Source: Hamiltosporidium tvaerminnensis FI-OER-3-3 (lineage: Eukaryota > Fungi > Microsporidia). From it: a stretch of 64,000 bases of DNA. Below the pieces are notes generated by a model. That model worked only from the letters and a program-made list of their open reading frames with translations, was not told the DNA's origin and searched no databases. The DNA lies in NCBI GenBank assembly GCA_022605425.2, contig CM061246.1, positions 744,001 through 808,000 on the forward strand, written 5' to 3'. A program made the position numbers and the translations under genes. The first letter of the stretch is position 1; each line of letters begins with the position of its first letter. Shown piece after piece: positions 12,908 through 25,379 of this stretch.

Positions 12908-14399
12908 GTAGTATCAATAGTTGCTTTTGGGATCAATCTATCATCAGGTCTAAGTATCAATAGTAAATCTATATCAATCTGAGGTTCCTTTAACTTATTC
13001 CGAAAACCATGGCTACTTCACACAACGTTAAGATTTATATTTTTTTGGATCTGTTTTTTTGTTTTAAACCTTTGTTATTTGTATATTACTCTTTGAGTTC
13101 AGACTTAAATGTTTTTGTTTCTCTTCCACTTCATACATCATTTTAAATGTCTGTAAGAAATATTTAATTTCATAACATCGGATGTGTTTCGATTATCCTT
13201 AAGCAACATGTTTTATATGTTGGTAAGTTTATTCTTTCGTTATTTCAGAATTTGAATCAAAAATATATAATTGGGGTTTTTTTCTGTTATTTACTTCTAA
13301 ATGCGACGTCTACAAAAGATGGTATTTTTCATAAATACAATAACAAAATGGAGCAAATTCATGTAAAATTTTGATATTTGCCTCAAAGTAGACAAAAAAC
13401 AGCACTATTATAAGATCTTATGTCTTTAGGAGTTTATTTGGAACTGCACCTTTTACGTTTATTAATTTTTTAAGTGTTTTATGTTTTTTAATATTTTTGC
13501 ATTCTATCGATCCTTGATGACACCTATATTGCATATTTTAAATGACAGCCTTTTAACCTTATAAAATTTCGCTTATAGCTGTTATATATTTGATCTAGAC
13601 CACAGATAAAGTTTTATAAGCGGTTTTTCATCGAATCCTGTCAATAATTTTAACGCAATACACTATGGGCTCTCTGTTTTACTTCGCCCTCTAGAAATTA
13701 TATGTGATGTTTTATTTCTTTTCGTCTTAATTAGCTTTTTCAGATGTACTATTTTCTCTTACGTTTTTTAATCTTAATATATCATCATATATCTCTTCTT
13801 CCGATTTATTGTTTCTCAGAGCTCTTAGTCGTGCTAACTCTGCCTTTTTCTCCTCAGCTGATATATTTTCTTAAGACATTGTAGTCGCAATAAATCGGAA
13901 TTTTTTTCTCTTCTGCTTATTTGCTCTTAATGTTTTAAGTCGCTCTAGATCTTTATTTTTTTTGCTCTGTAAAATTTTTTCTTTTGGTTTTATCACGTTC
14001 GCTAATTTTTTATTTAACCTCTAAGACATATGCGAATTTCTCTTCGTCTGAATGAAGCGTTTTTTTACCTGGCAGAATGTTTTAATTGGTAAGGTAGTTA
14101 TATAACCTTAAATTTTTTTTGAAAGCGTTTTAGTTTAAACCAATCGCATTTTTTTATGATGTTAATCGAAACAAAAATATTTTATATTTGTTGATCATTG
14201 GTCCAATTTACTTTCTCTAGTTATATTGGAGTTATGATTAGAGCCATAAATCGCAATTGTAATGAAACTTAATTAGGTTTAATGTTATTAAGAACCGAAG
14301 AATTTATATTTAAAATGAATTCAGATATAGATTATTAAAAATAAAATTTATCCTTTTATGTATAGATTAATTACAATATCAATAATTTTTTTGAAAGTA

Positions 14400-14790
14400 A
14401 GCTTCGAATTAAAAATTTCCAAGAATATTTCTCTCCTGTTCTAGCTAGCTTTTATCTACCTCTTACTCTTTAGTTTGTAATGTTCTCTATCCTGCATTTT
14501 GTTTATATCTGAAGTCAAAGCTTTGATTTTAATTATAATTTGGATATTTTGAATTTATAAATTTTACTTTTCCCTACTTAGGTTTGCCTTATCAACGAGC
14601 CTATGTGCATTTAAAGCGTATCTTACTTTGATTCATTTATTAGGTTCTTATCTACTCTTTCTGGGTTCCTAGTATTTTTATCCAATTCAAAATTTTTAGT
14701 ATGGAAAAGAAACGACTTGAATAATTCTTGAGAACTCTTGAGTACATGTATCCTGCTATCAACCAACTATTTAAAAAAATTCTATTCGAT
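14400..14790 (-). mobile_element. Possible Ty3/Gypsy pol (RNase H region) remnant
   Basis: Coding-like minus-strand tract ending in ANLSR (compare ADALSR). Heavily decayed. Confidence 0.3.
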
Positions 14791-15299
14791 GATTTCTAAT
14801 ATACTGTAAAATTCTAGAAAAAAAAATTTAACAAATTGATTTAAATTTTTTTTAAAGGAAAAAACTTAGGAAAATTAAAACAACCAATTTATTATGTTAT
14901 ATTCATGGTAAATACTCCAATTTAGAAAGAAATTTTTACACTTTTACTTCAAATATTTTTTTGAATCAATAGAATCTTTCTAAGTATTTCATGTTCTACT
15001 TTCGGATACTAATATTGGTTATTTAAGATGTATGAACAAATCAAAAGAGTCATATCCTAATGCGAGCACTCTTATTGGTGTCTTGTATTTTTTCGAGCCA
15101 ATAAATATTTCCAAGTGAATCGTCGTCGTCGAAACATTACTTGATAATAAAAAAATTGGTATTTGCATCACAAGAACAACATATTTTAATATTTTTCAAT
15201 TTTTACTATAAAATGTTAAAAAAAAGAAATTTTTTGTTTAATCTACGTAATAATCCGAAAAAGGGTAGATTCTAAAACCACAATTATTTTATTTTTCCT

Positions 15300-15950
15300 G
15301 CCATAATGAATATAAAATTTACGATTTATTAAGTTCACCCTGAGTCCGTACAATGAAAGATAATTCGTTGTACATCCTCAGGTCTCTTTTTATCACTTAT
15401 ACATTAAGAGTATGACATGTATATTTAAAGAAAAAAAATAATGAAATTATTTAAAGAGACAACAATCTTTTATATAAATATTTTAAAATTCCTGTGATTT
15501 GAAATATATGATTTGTCATTTTATATTTTAATAATATCCTAGTCTTCATTCGCCTGGCTGTATATATGTTGGATTTTATATGTATTTTCCTAACAAAAAA
15601 TTTATTTACGTCATATCTTGTCTGGAAGAATTGGTCACATATTAGAATTTCATTTTGATACAAATCCTAACTAATAAATCTTCGTATACGATGATAGACG
15701 AAATTAATTGTATTTTCAGTTTTGGCAGAAATCTTTCATCTTGTTTTCTCCACATAATAAAAAATCAAATGCATTAGGATATATTTCATCGGTTAAAGCA
15801 GTATTTGTGAGTTTTTTTGGATGTTAAAGTTTGGGCTATATTAAATCCCTCCTTATTTTCAAGCTTTATTGTATCGTCATATAATATCCACATTTTGTTT
15901 ATATATTATCATTATGGAAATATCCGAAAATAAATTTATGTGAAATTCTA
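15300..15950 (+). mobile_element. Ty3/Gypsy integrase-core remnant (inverted copy at ~54050-54700)
   Basis: Frameshifted fragments CLEELVT (compare LPEEIVTD) and FSPHNKKSNA (compare SPYHPQSNG). The inverted copy adds LHRLKRYLRVF. Confidence 0.5.
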
Positions 15951-16687
15951 CATTTCGCCTGTAACATCCATTTCTACTTGCTTTTAGTGTAAGTATTCAA
16001 AGAGAGTTGAAAAATACTCTCTCTTTTTTAACATTCAGAATTTAATTAATTTTACCTAAAAATTTATTTGGTGGTTATTTTAAGTTCTATGTCGGTTTTA
16101 AATACAGACCTTAATGTTGATTTTGGCATATAGTTCTATCTTTTTCTCGATAAATTCTTTTCCAACTTCTTACAAAAGTGAAATTATATATTTATATTCT
16201 ATAAAGAATTCGTATTACTCTATCTATTTGTAATGATACCAAAAATAATTTGGATTCTTTAATTTCCAATATTTCATAAATAAATATTTTAATTAACCTT
16301 ATTAAGCATATAATGCTATTATTTAATCTTGGTTTTTGCAAAAATTGAATAGAATTAAATAAAATAATTCACATTCTATTTACACTAAAACCATGTAGGC
16401 TGATGTATTTTTACAGCGAAGAAACGAAATTGCAATTTTTTAAAACATATAATTTTTATTTTAGAATCCATAAATTATAGATTAATAAATTTTTAATTAA
16501 ACATATAAATATTTTTTATATAAAATATTTGAGAAACCGCTTGAGCAATAAATTAAAGAAAATTTTTTATAATTTGAGTTTTAAAAAACTAATTTGTCAT
16601 TTATAAAAAAAAAATTTATTATATGAAATTTTTAACTGTTACTATACAATTTATATTTAAGAGAAATTTAAAATCGAACCCTAAAAA

Positions 16688-17773
16688 ATGAAGACAAAAC
16701 TAAATTTAAAAGCCATGATGTATTTTAGTGGTATAATACTATTATTAAATTGTATTTATGAATATTTATATATGAATCAACTATTGGAAATAAACAAACT
16801 GAATAAAATAATCGAGAAAATGGCTGACGTTCGTTTTGAATATCTTAGTAAGCACATGCGATCGAATTTTCTTTTGATTTTCGAGAATGGATCAGACCAA
16901 GAAAGATCATTTAAATTGCCAAATAAAAATTGTGATAAATATTTAGTCACATATATGAATAACAATACATTTAAAGTAGAATATTATAACGATGATACTT
17001 CATTATTAAAATATTTAGAATCATTCGATAAATTAAATACTTTATATTGTTTTACATCCGAATCACTTATATTTTTTATTAGAAATTTAATGAAAAATGG
17101 GTTTAAAGCTTTTCTCAATAGCAAAATTATTTCTAAACTTTTTATACCAGAAATATTTAAATTGCAGTGTGATGTAGTGGAAAGTTACAAAAAAATGGAA
17201 AAGAACTTTTTTAAATGTAAAATAGTTAAAAATACAAAAATATTTGTTAAGAAATGTATTTTTAAATCTTTTACAACCTATTATTTTATTTTTTCTGAAA
17301 TTCAATCGTCAAAACCATTTGATCAGAAATATGACTTTATAGAAACGATCCCAAAGAATCCAAATGGTATCAAAAACGACAAAGATTATAATTATACTTT
17401 AAATATTTACAATCAAATAGAAAAAATATTACAAAATAAAATAAAAAGTGTAAATTATGGAACAAAAAAAATGGATTGGTTTTCTGAAATAATTGAATTG
17501 ATTCTCGATCTGCTAGTTAAAGAAAATATATTTAAAAATAAAGTATCAATTGCAGAATTTCCCGAAATTGTTACAAAACTATTTCCTACTGCAATAAATG
17601 AATATGAAACTGGAAATTTTTACTTTGATGATAAAGCTATTGTTGGTTTAGATTTCAGCTTGATTTTAGAAAGTTCTGATATAATTCATCTTTTTAATGA
17701 AGACAATGTAAATGCAATTTTAAGAAATACTGCAGTAATTTATTTTACGAAAATGGTAACTGTTTATCATTAA
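16688..17773 (+). CDS. Orphan 361-aa protein with N-terminal signal anchor/TM, copy 1
   Basis: Intact ORF. Hydrophobic YFSGIILLLNCIYEYLY segment; upstream aaccctaaaaaATG CCC motif; intact paralogue at 52248-53333. Confidence 0.85.
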   Translation: MKTKLNLKAMMYFSGIILLLNCIYEYLYMNQLLEINKLNKIIEKMADVRFEYLSKHMRSNFLLIFENGSDQERSFKLPNKNCDKYLVTYMNNNTFKVEYYNDDTSLLKYLESFDKLNTLYCFTSESLIFFIRNLMKNGFKAFLNSKIISKLFIPEIFKLQCDVVESYKKMEKNFFKCKIVKNTKIFVKKCIFKSFTTYYFIFSEIQSSKPFDQKYDFIETIPKNPNGIKNDKDYNYTLNIYNQIEKILQNKIKSVNYGTKKMDWFSEIIELILDLLVKENIFKNKVSIAEFPEIVTKLFPTAINEYETGNFYFDDKAIVGLDFSLILESSDIIHLFNEDNVNAILRNTAVIYFTKMVTVYH

Positions 17774-18169
17774 AACATTTGTTTCTACCATTTATTTCAA
17801 TTTTATAAATTATAGCCAATAAATGTAAAAACTATATTTAAAATATCAAGATATTTTTGTTCAATGGCAGTCTAGCCATGTATCCTACTATTCTAATTCT
17901 CTTTTATTTACTCAATTTATCGGGTTATATCATCATTTATATAATTCAGTAATATCCCGACTACGATGAAAAGCACTCATTTGGAAATGTTAATTGGAAA
18001 AAATGCAAAACATTAACAATAAGGTGAGAAGTAGAACACGAAACACTTAGAAATATTCTATTGTTTTAAAAGAATATTATAAATTTTTTTTTCTAAATTG
18101 TAGTATATTGCAAGAATATCACATCTATTTTTAAATATCACATCTTTTTAAGAAATAGTGACATGTTTT

Positions 18170-18834
18170 ATATTATTTTCACGGAATTAACTCAATTTTA
18201 GGTTTTACCTTAATAATTGCACTCAAAACTTCACCCCTACGATAACTACATCATAAATACTTTCATTTGAATAAGGTTTAGAACCTAGTAAATAGGCGAG
18301 GCAGTCACCCGGAGCTTTTTGTATCTGTTGCATGGTGTTTACTAGCAGATTGAAACCCATTCTGGGTTCCTAAGACTATGCAACATCCCTGATTACTCCA
18401 CACTTGCTGAACTTAATAAACTTCACAGTTAAGATATTTCTCGGCGAATTACATGAACTCCACCTAGACAATGTAATCTCATACCTCAGGTATAACCTGT
18501 TACTTATGCCTCCCCGGCATTAAAGGTTTTCATTTTTTCCTAGGCGCTAAGTCTTCTAACTCGAGTGAGCAAGACTAGACTTCCTTGCTTTTTCATGACA
18601 ATTACCTACTGTTTAATTGCTGTCTCTGATCTAGTTACATAAAAAACTACAAATAAATTTGTAGAAAACGTTTCGCCATTTCGTAGATCCTCTCCTCTTC
18701 ATAAAAACTTCTATCGAACAACCGAAGATACAGTGTGGTTTTATTCCCACAAAAAATTCAAACAATGATCTTCACATCAGTTTCACATACTCAGTCTCAA
18801 GCAGATGGTTTCTCATGTGGCTATTTTCTTTCCA
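18170..18834 (-). repeat. ~660-nt structured non-coding repeat, type A
   Basis: Collinear with the copies at 21961, 28312 and 41704. Near-identical to 24495-25160 and 51199-51860. Confidence 0.85.
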
Positions 18835-19053
18835 TGCCCACTATGCCGGGTGCAGAATCAGCTTAGAGTGTTCTCTGCTTGTTGCAGGGGGCAACTAAAA
18901 GGTACTGGTCCTCCAGATTTGGGGATGGCGTAGGGCTAACAAACCACCCTTTAAAACCACCTTGTTAGGAAACCGGAAAAAAAAACTAATCCACTGAAAA
19001 AAGACCGATGAGCAGCCAAAGCTCTTGCAGGGTTGTACTGCTGATTATGATGA
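18835..19053 (+). mobile_element. RTE-type non-autonomous retroposon (SINE-like) inserted at the repeat terminus
   Basis: GC-rich 220-bp insert with ggtcctccag..ggggatggcgtagggctaacaa..cc, tgttaggaaac and a 3' end gccaaagctcttgcagggttgtactgctgattatgatga ((ATG)n tail). Approximate TSD tatt..ttctttc. Confidence 0.7.
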
Positions 19054-19314
19054 TATTCCTTCTTTCAAAAAAAAAATACTTATAATACTATAACATATTT
19101 TAATAGCCTAAAGCCAAAGTTTAATTTTTTAAAAGGAAAAATGTAAAACCATTTAAATTATATAAAATTAAATGATACCTAATAGGATGTGAGTTTTTTT
19201 ATTTAAAGAATATATATTTGCGAAATGGGGATTCTTTTATTCGAAAACTCATTTTAATAGTAGTTTTTTGTTGAATAAATATCCTAACCTTTTAAAACCG
19301 TGGTATTTATTACA

Positions 19315-19982
19315 TTGTTTGAATGAATATTCGAAGTTTGCGGCTTAATATGGATAATTGCTCTCCTAATGGCCTGTCGGTGTCCCTTTTATACCTAAAT
19401 CACAAGGAAAAATCTAAAAAATGTGATAACCGTGTAATATGAGAGGCAGTTGCCCGGCTTCGTTAATGTATGTTGCTTTCAGTGTTAATTCAGGTCGTAA
19501 CTCAAATTGCACTCCTAGAACTAGCAGCATTTTTAATACTCTATACCGCTTGAGCCGGATAAATTTTCAGTCAAATATATTTCCGGAACTTAATGAAGTC
19601 CATCCAGATGTTGCAATCTCATACTAACAACTATAGGTTGCTACTTAAAACTGTAAATATTAAGTTTATGTTGTTTCGTATCTTCCAGGCGCTAAATCTT
19701 CTTGTCTTAATTGGAAAAACTTGTTTATCATCCCTATACATACAATTTTTAACAAATTCAGTCATGGTTTCCAATCTAGCTACATAAAAACTTACAAAAC
19801 AAGATTCTAGAAAATGATTTACTATTTTGTAGAAGTTCTCCTAGATGTTCAAATTACCGGTGAATCAACTTAAAATGTAATGTGATTTTCATCCTATCAC
19901 ATATTCAATCAATGAATTTCACAGTAATTTTACAATCCTTTTGCTAAATAGATAGTTTTTAATTGGATTATTTTCTTTCGCA
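19315..19982 (-). repeat. ~660-nt structured non-coding repeat, type B
   Basis: Shares gaggcagttgcccgg, caatctcatac, ggcgctaaatcttct and tctagctacataaaaa with other copies. Confidence 0.8.
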
Positions 19983-19997
19983 TTTATAGTATACAAT

Positions 19998-20860
19998 AAT
20001 GTATTTTGGTGTACATAAAGAGCATGTCAAAATTATCAAAATACCGAAAATATGAAGTACATTCAGTAAAAGGGAATAGAAACATTCGGAAAAGACTATA
20101 CTAGATGTCATAAAACATTTTTTCATTAAACCTACAGTTCTTGAATAAATATATATATGGGTCTTTAAAACAAATTAGGTGTACTTTGTTTAGAAACTTT
20201 AAAAATGAGTATGTAAAATTAAAATTCGATACAGATATCAAATAAATTGAAATTCGGAATAATGGACAAAATATTTTTGTTTTGAATAAGAAATTAGATA
20301 AGTCTACACCAAACGAGTCGAAAACAATTAAATCTGAATATTCTTAAAATTAAATAAATGGAAATGATGAAAAGTCTTACTTATCGGTCAAACATTTGAT
20401 CATATTTATAAACTTACTGCCGAGAAAATTTATATCTGATAACCTGAGATTTAATTGTAACAAAATACTATAGTATGGAGTTAAAAAGACTTCTTACCAG
20501 TAATACAAAATTTCGCAATTGTCGTTGGGCTCAAAAATGATTAGAACTGTTTTTTTGATTCACACGAAGAAAGAATTAAGCTCAAGTTCCGAGGAGATTT
20601 AAGGAAAGACATCATCTGCAATCTTTAAGAACCTAAGGGTCATAAATAACCCATTTCTATTGTATATAGACCAATGAAAATATGTCACAGTACAAACGGA
20701 AATTTTAAATAATTCTGAAATGTGTGTAAAATAGATAAAATCGAAACATTAACTTAAAATGTTGGAAAAAGCATCAAATATAAAGAACAGATGAAATAGA
20801 ATTCAAAAAATCTAGAAAAAACGAGAAATAAAACAACCAAATATTTAGTAAATTTGATTT
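19998..20860 (+). mobile_element. Old decayed RLE non-LTR 3' fragment (duplicated at ~26330-27200 + and ~49170-50040 -)
   Basis: Collinear nucleotide matches to 47458-48360, e.g. aatgtattttgg, aatgagtatg, aaattcggaataa, attgtaacaaaatac. Confidence 0.65.
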
Positions 20861-21960
20861 TTAAATATTTTTGACTACTTGTTCTACAGCTTTATTTTTT
20901 TCAATCTATGATGATCTCGCATTAAAAAAATCTAGTTTCAATTTTTTTTATATTCATTTGTTCTATTTCAAAGAATATCATATAAGACTATTCGTTTTAG
21001 ATTTTTACATTTAACTTAATATTTTATTAATCTAAAAGTTTATATCTGAAAGCAAAGTTTAACGAACATAATTTAATAAAGTTATACTATTTTGTATTTA
21101 AAAAAATATTTGTTGAAATATTTGACATTCATTAAGAATTTTCGCAATAATAAAAAATATTCTAAAAATAGTATATAAACCACAACATGATTCTTTTTTT
21201 GAAATTTGCAGAATAAATTTTATGGGGATCCTCTTTTAGGATCTGATACGGTACATGAATAGCCTACGAGCTCATTCGTTCTTGTTTCAGATCCTCTTTT
21301 AGTTAGAAAATATATTTTTTTGATGATATCGTTGGTTTTGATTTCTTTAAAATCTAAAAACGAATTCCAATGACTAAACAGAATATTTTAAAATGATTGT
21401 CGAGGAATAATATTAAGACAAGATGCTAACTTTAACTAAATTTTTTGGTAAAATACACTCATCTAAAACAGCATTACTTTATTTCAAATACTGTATGTGT
21501 ATCAAAATACTCGAAAATCAATGTATGGTTTAATAATTTCTGAAATTTTTTAGAAAATTTGGTATTAGTTCTTTTTTTGTGGAGTGATGATATTGGATTA
21601 GATAGTAAACGCAATTAAATTAATATTTAAGCGGGAAATTATTTGCTATGTTTTTTATTATAATTCTTTTTTAAAAATAATAAATTTATTGGCTATCTAG
21701 TTATAATTTTCATACTAACCGGTTCATATGAGTATTTATTGTTTTAATAAAGAAATTTAGAAGAATATTTTTTCATTAAACATTGGCAATTGTCATGAAA
21801 CCGCGAAATCCTCTAAAGAATCAATATATTTTATAGAGACTGTTTTTACATTATTTCATTTCGATAAGAATATTAAATATAATCTTGCACTAGTTATATT
21901 AGCATAATAAAACTTATTTAAAAATATGTGATATTTTTAAATAAGGGCAAGTTTTATATT

Positions 21961-22621
21961 TGTTTTCATGGCAAAAACGCAGTTCTGGGTTTAACATAAA
22001 TAACTGCTACCCCAAACTCCATCATTACTCCCTGCGATACCTACATCCCAAAGGCTTTCATCTACCAGGTGTGTAGAACCTAATTAATAGGCGAAGCGGT
22101 TACCGGTAGTTCGTTAATGTTCGTTGCATGGAGTGTGATCAAAGACCGAAGCCCTCTCCTGGGATGCTTCGAGACTATGCAGCATTCCCACTTACTCTAC
22201 ACTTTCTGAACCCAATAAACTTCCAGCTAGTATATTTCGAGATTTCATGGGGTCCCCTGCGTGCATGTCATACCACAGGTATAACCTGCTACTTGCTTTC
22301 TTGGCTTTAAATGGTTTTTGTTTTGTATCTCCCGGCGCCAGTCTTCTAACCCGAGTGAGCAGGCTAGGTTTCCTGCTTTTACATGGCAATTACCTACATG
22401 TTCAGCTGCAGTCTGCAATCTGGTTACATAAAAAACTACAAATAAATCCGAGGAAAAAGTTCCTCAATTTCTTAGAACTCTCCTCTTCATAACAACTCCA
22501 TAGAAACAACCGAAGATGTAGTATGGTTGTATTCCCACCAAAAATCCAAACAATGATCTTCACACCAGTTTCACACACTCATTGCAAGCAGAAAGGTTTT
22601 TATGTGGTTATCCTCCCTCCA
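21961..22621 (-). repeat. ~660-nt structured non-coding repeat, type C1
   Basis: GC-elevated copy ending gtggttatcctccctcca at the tandem junction. Confidence 0.85.
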
Positions 22622-23041
22622 AAAAATATTTCATAAATAAATATTTTAATTAACCTTATTAAGCATATAATGCTATTATTTAATCATGGTTATTGCAAAA
22701 ATTGAATAGAATTAAATAAAATAATTCACATTCTATTTACACTAAAACCATGTAGGCTGATGTATTTTTACAGCGAAGAAACGAAATTGCAATTTTTTAA
22801 AACATATAATTTTTATTTTAGAATCCATAAATTATAGATTAATAAATTTTCTATTAAACATAGAAATAATTTTTATATAAAATATTTGAGAAACCGCTTG
22901 AGCAATAAATTAAAGAAAATTTTTTATAATTTGAGTTTTAAAAACTAATTTGTCATTTATAAAAAAAATTTATTATATGAAATTTTTAACTGTTACTATA
23001 CAATTTATATTTAAGAGAAATTTAAAATCGAACCCTAAAAA

Positions 23042-24097
23042 ATGAAGACAAAACTAAATTTAAAAGCCATGATGTATTTTAGTGGTATAATACTATTATT
23101 AAATTGTATTTATGAATATTTATATATGAATCAACTATTGGAAATGAACAAACTGAATAAAATAATCGAGAAAATGGCTGAGGTTCGTTTTGAATATCTT
23201 AGTAAGTACATGCGATCGGATTTCCTTTTGATTTTCGAGAATGGATCAGACCAAGAAAGATCATTTAAATTGCCAAATAAAAATTGTGATAAATATTTAG
23301 TCACATATATGAATAACAATACATTTAAAGTAGAATATTATAACGATGATACTTCATTATTAAAATATTTAGAATCATTCGATAAATTAAATACTTTATA
23401 TTGTTTTACATCCGAATCACTTATATTTTTATTAGAAATTTAATGAAAATGGGTTTAAAGCTTTTCTCAATAGCAAAATTATTTCTAAACTTTTTATACC
23501 GAAATATTTAAATTGCAGTGTGATGTAGTGGAAGTTACAAAAAATGGAAAGAACTTTTTAAATGTAAATAGTTAAAAATACAAAATATTTGTTAGAAATG
23601 TATTTTTAAATCTTTTACAACCTATTATTTTATTTTTTTGAATTCAATCGTCAAAACCATTTGATCGAAATATGACTTTATAGAAACGATCCCAAGAATC
23701 CAATGGTATCAAAACGACAAAGATTATAATTATACTTTAAATATTTACAATCAAATAGAAAAATATTACAAAATAAAATAAAGTGTAATTATGGAACAAA
23801 AAAATGGATTGGTTTTCTGAAATAATTGAATTGATTCTCGATCTGCTAGTTAAAGAAAATATATTTAAAAATAAAGTATCATTGCGATTTCCCGAATTGT
23901 TACAAAACTATTTCCTACTGCAATAAATGAATATGAACTGGAATTTTTACTTTGATGATAAAGCTATTGTTGGTTTAGATTTCAGCTTGTTTTGAAAGTT
24001 CTGATATAATTCATCTTTTTAATGAAGACAATGTAAATGCAATTTTAAGAAATACTGCAGTAATTTATTTTACGAAAATGGTAACTGTTTATCATTA
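23042..24097 (+). pseudogene. Orphan 361-aa gene copy 2, many single-base deletions (possibly consensus errors)
   Basis: Matches copy 1 to ~23430, then carries dozens of single-base, mostly A, deletions up to ~24000. Confidence 0.7.
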
Positions 24098-24494
24098 AAA
24101 CATTTGTTTCTACCATTTATTTCAATTTTATAAATTATAGCCAATAAATGTAAAAAATATATTTAAAATATCAAGATATTTTTATTCAATGGCAGTCTAG
24201 CCATGTATCCTACTATTCCAATTCTCTTTTATTTACTTAATTTTTCAGATTATATCATCATTTATATAATTCAGTAATATCCCGACTACGATGAAAAGCA
24301 CTCATTTGGAAATGTTAATTGGAAAAAATGCAAAACATTAACAATAAGGTGAGAAGTAGAACACGAAACACTTAGAAATATTCTATTGTTTTAAAAGAAT
24401 ATTATAAATTTTTTTTTCTAAATTGTAGTATATTGCAAGAATATCACATCTATTTTTAAATATCACATCTTTTTAAGAAATAGTGACATGTTTT

Positions 24495-25160
24495 ATATTA
24501 TTTTCACGGAATTAACTCAATTTTAGGTTTAACATTAATAATTGCACTCAAAAACTTCACCCCTACGATAACTACATCATAAATACTTTCATTTGAATAA
24601 GGTTTAGAACCTAGTAAATAGGCGAGGCAGTCACCCGGAGCTTTTTGTATCTGTTGCATGGTGTTTACTAGCAGATTGAAACCCATTCTGGGTTCCTAAG
24701 ACTATGCAACATCCCTGATTACTCCACACTTGCTGAACTTAATAAACTTCACAGTTAAGATATTTCTCGGCGAATTACATGAACTCCACCTAGACAATGT
24801 AATCTCATACCTCAGGTATAACCTGTTACTTATGCTTCCTCGGCATTAAAGGTTTTCATTTTTTCCTAGGCGCTAAGTCTTCTAACTCGAGTGAGCAAGA
24901 CTAGACTTCCTTGCTTTTTCATGACAATTACCTACTGTTTAATTGCTGTCTCTGATCTAGTTACATAAAATACTACAAATAAATTTGTGGAAAACGTTTC
25001 GCCATTTCGTAGATCTTCTCCTCTTCATAAAAACTTCTATCGAACAACCGAAGATACAGTGTGGTTTTATTCCCACAAAAAATTCAAACAATGATCTTCA
25101 CATCAGTTTCACATACTCAGTCTCAAGCAGATGGTTTCTCATGTGGCTATTTTCTTTCCA
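24495..25160 (-). repeat. ~660-nt structured non-coding repeat, type A
   Basis: Duplicate of 18170-18834. Confidence 0.85.
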
Positions 25161-25379
25161 CGCCCACTATGCCGGGTGCAGAATCAGCTTAGAGTGTTCT
25201 CTGCTTGTTGCAGGAGGCAACTAAAAGGTACTGGTCCTCCAGATTGGGGGATGGCGTAGGGCTAACAACCCACCCTTTAAAACTACCTTGTTAGGAAACC
25301 GGAAAAAAAAACTAATCCACTGAAAAAAGACCGATGAGCAGCCAAGGCTCTTGCAGGGTTGTACTGCCGATTATGATGA
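25161..25379 (+). mobile_element. RTE-type non-autonomous retroposon (duplicate of 18835-19053)
   Basis: Near-identical sequence at the same insertion site. Confidence 0.7.

Larger units (their letters stand above)
8954..14075 (-). mobile_element. Decayed autonomous-type Helitron (Rep/HUH + PIF1 helicase)
   Basis: Minus-strand fragments: AGKLTQQYVI, GKRIILPSKFSGSP, QQNFQDAIA..KP..ITATCN, WVVSYNPY..LKYNFHINV, LEGPGGS (Walker A remnant), VASTGIAA, MRAKD..YSEWL.KLGNG, LNLKKGA..MFLRNLN..G.CRGTR, QTLDKVG..VAFSRV. 3' terminus is a CCGTT/AACGG hairpin followed by CTAG-T at 8954-8977. 5' end not located. Confidence 0.9.
16268..22621 (+). repeat. Segmental duplication unit 1 (~6.35 kb)
   Basis: Near-identical to 22625-28986. 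The offset between the orphan-gene ATGs is 6354 bp. Confidence 0.95.

Noticed and set aside
19439-19787. Short ORFs inside the core repeats (also at 22128-22492, 24504, 24985, 25771, 28469, 50244, 51672)
   Set aside because: Frames are not conserved between diverged copies; they recur only because of recent duplication.
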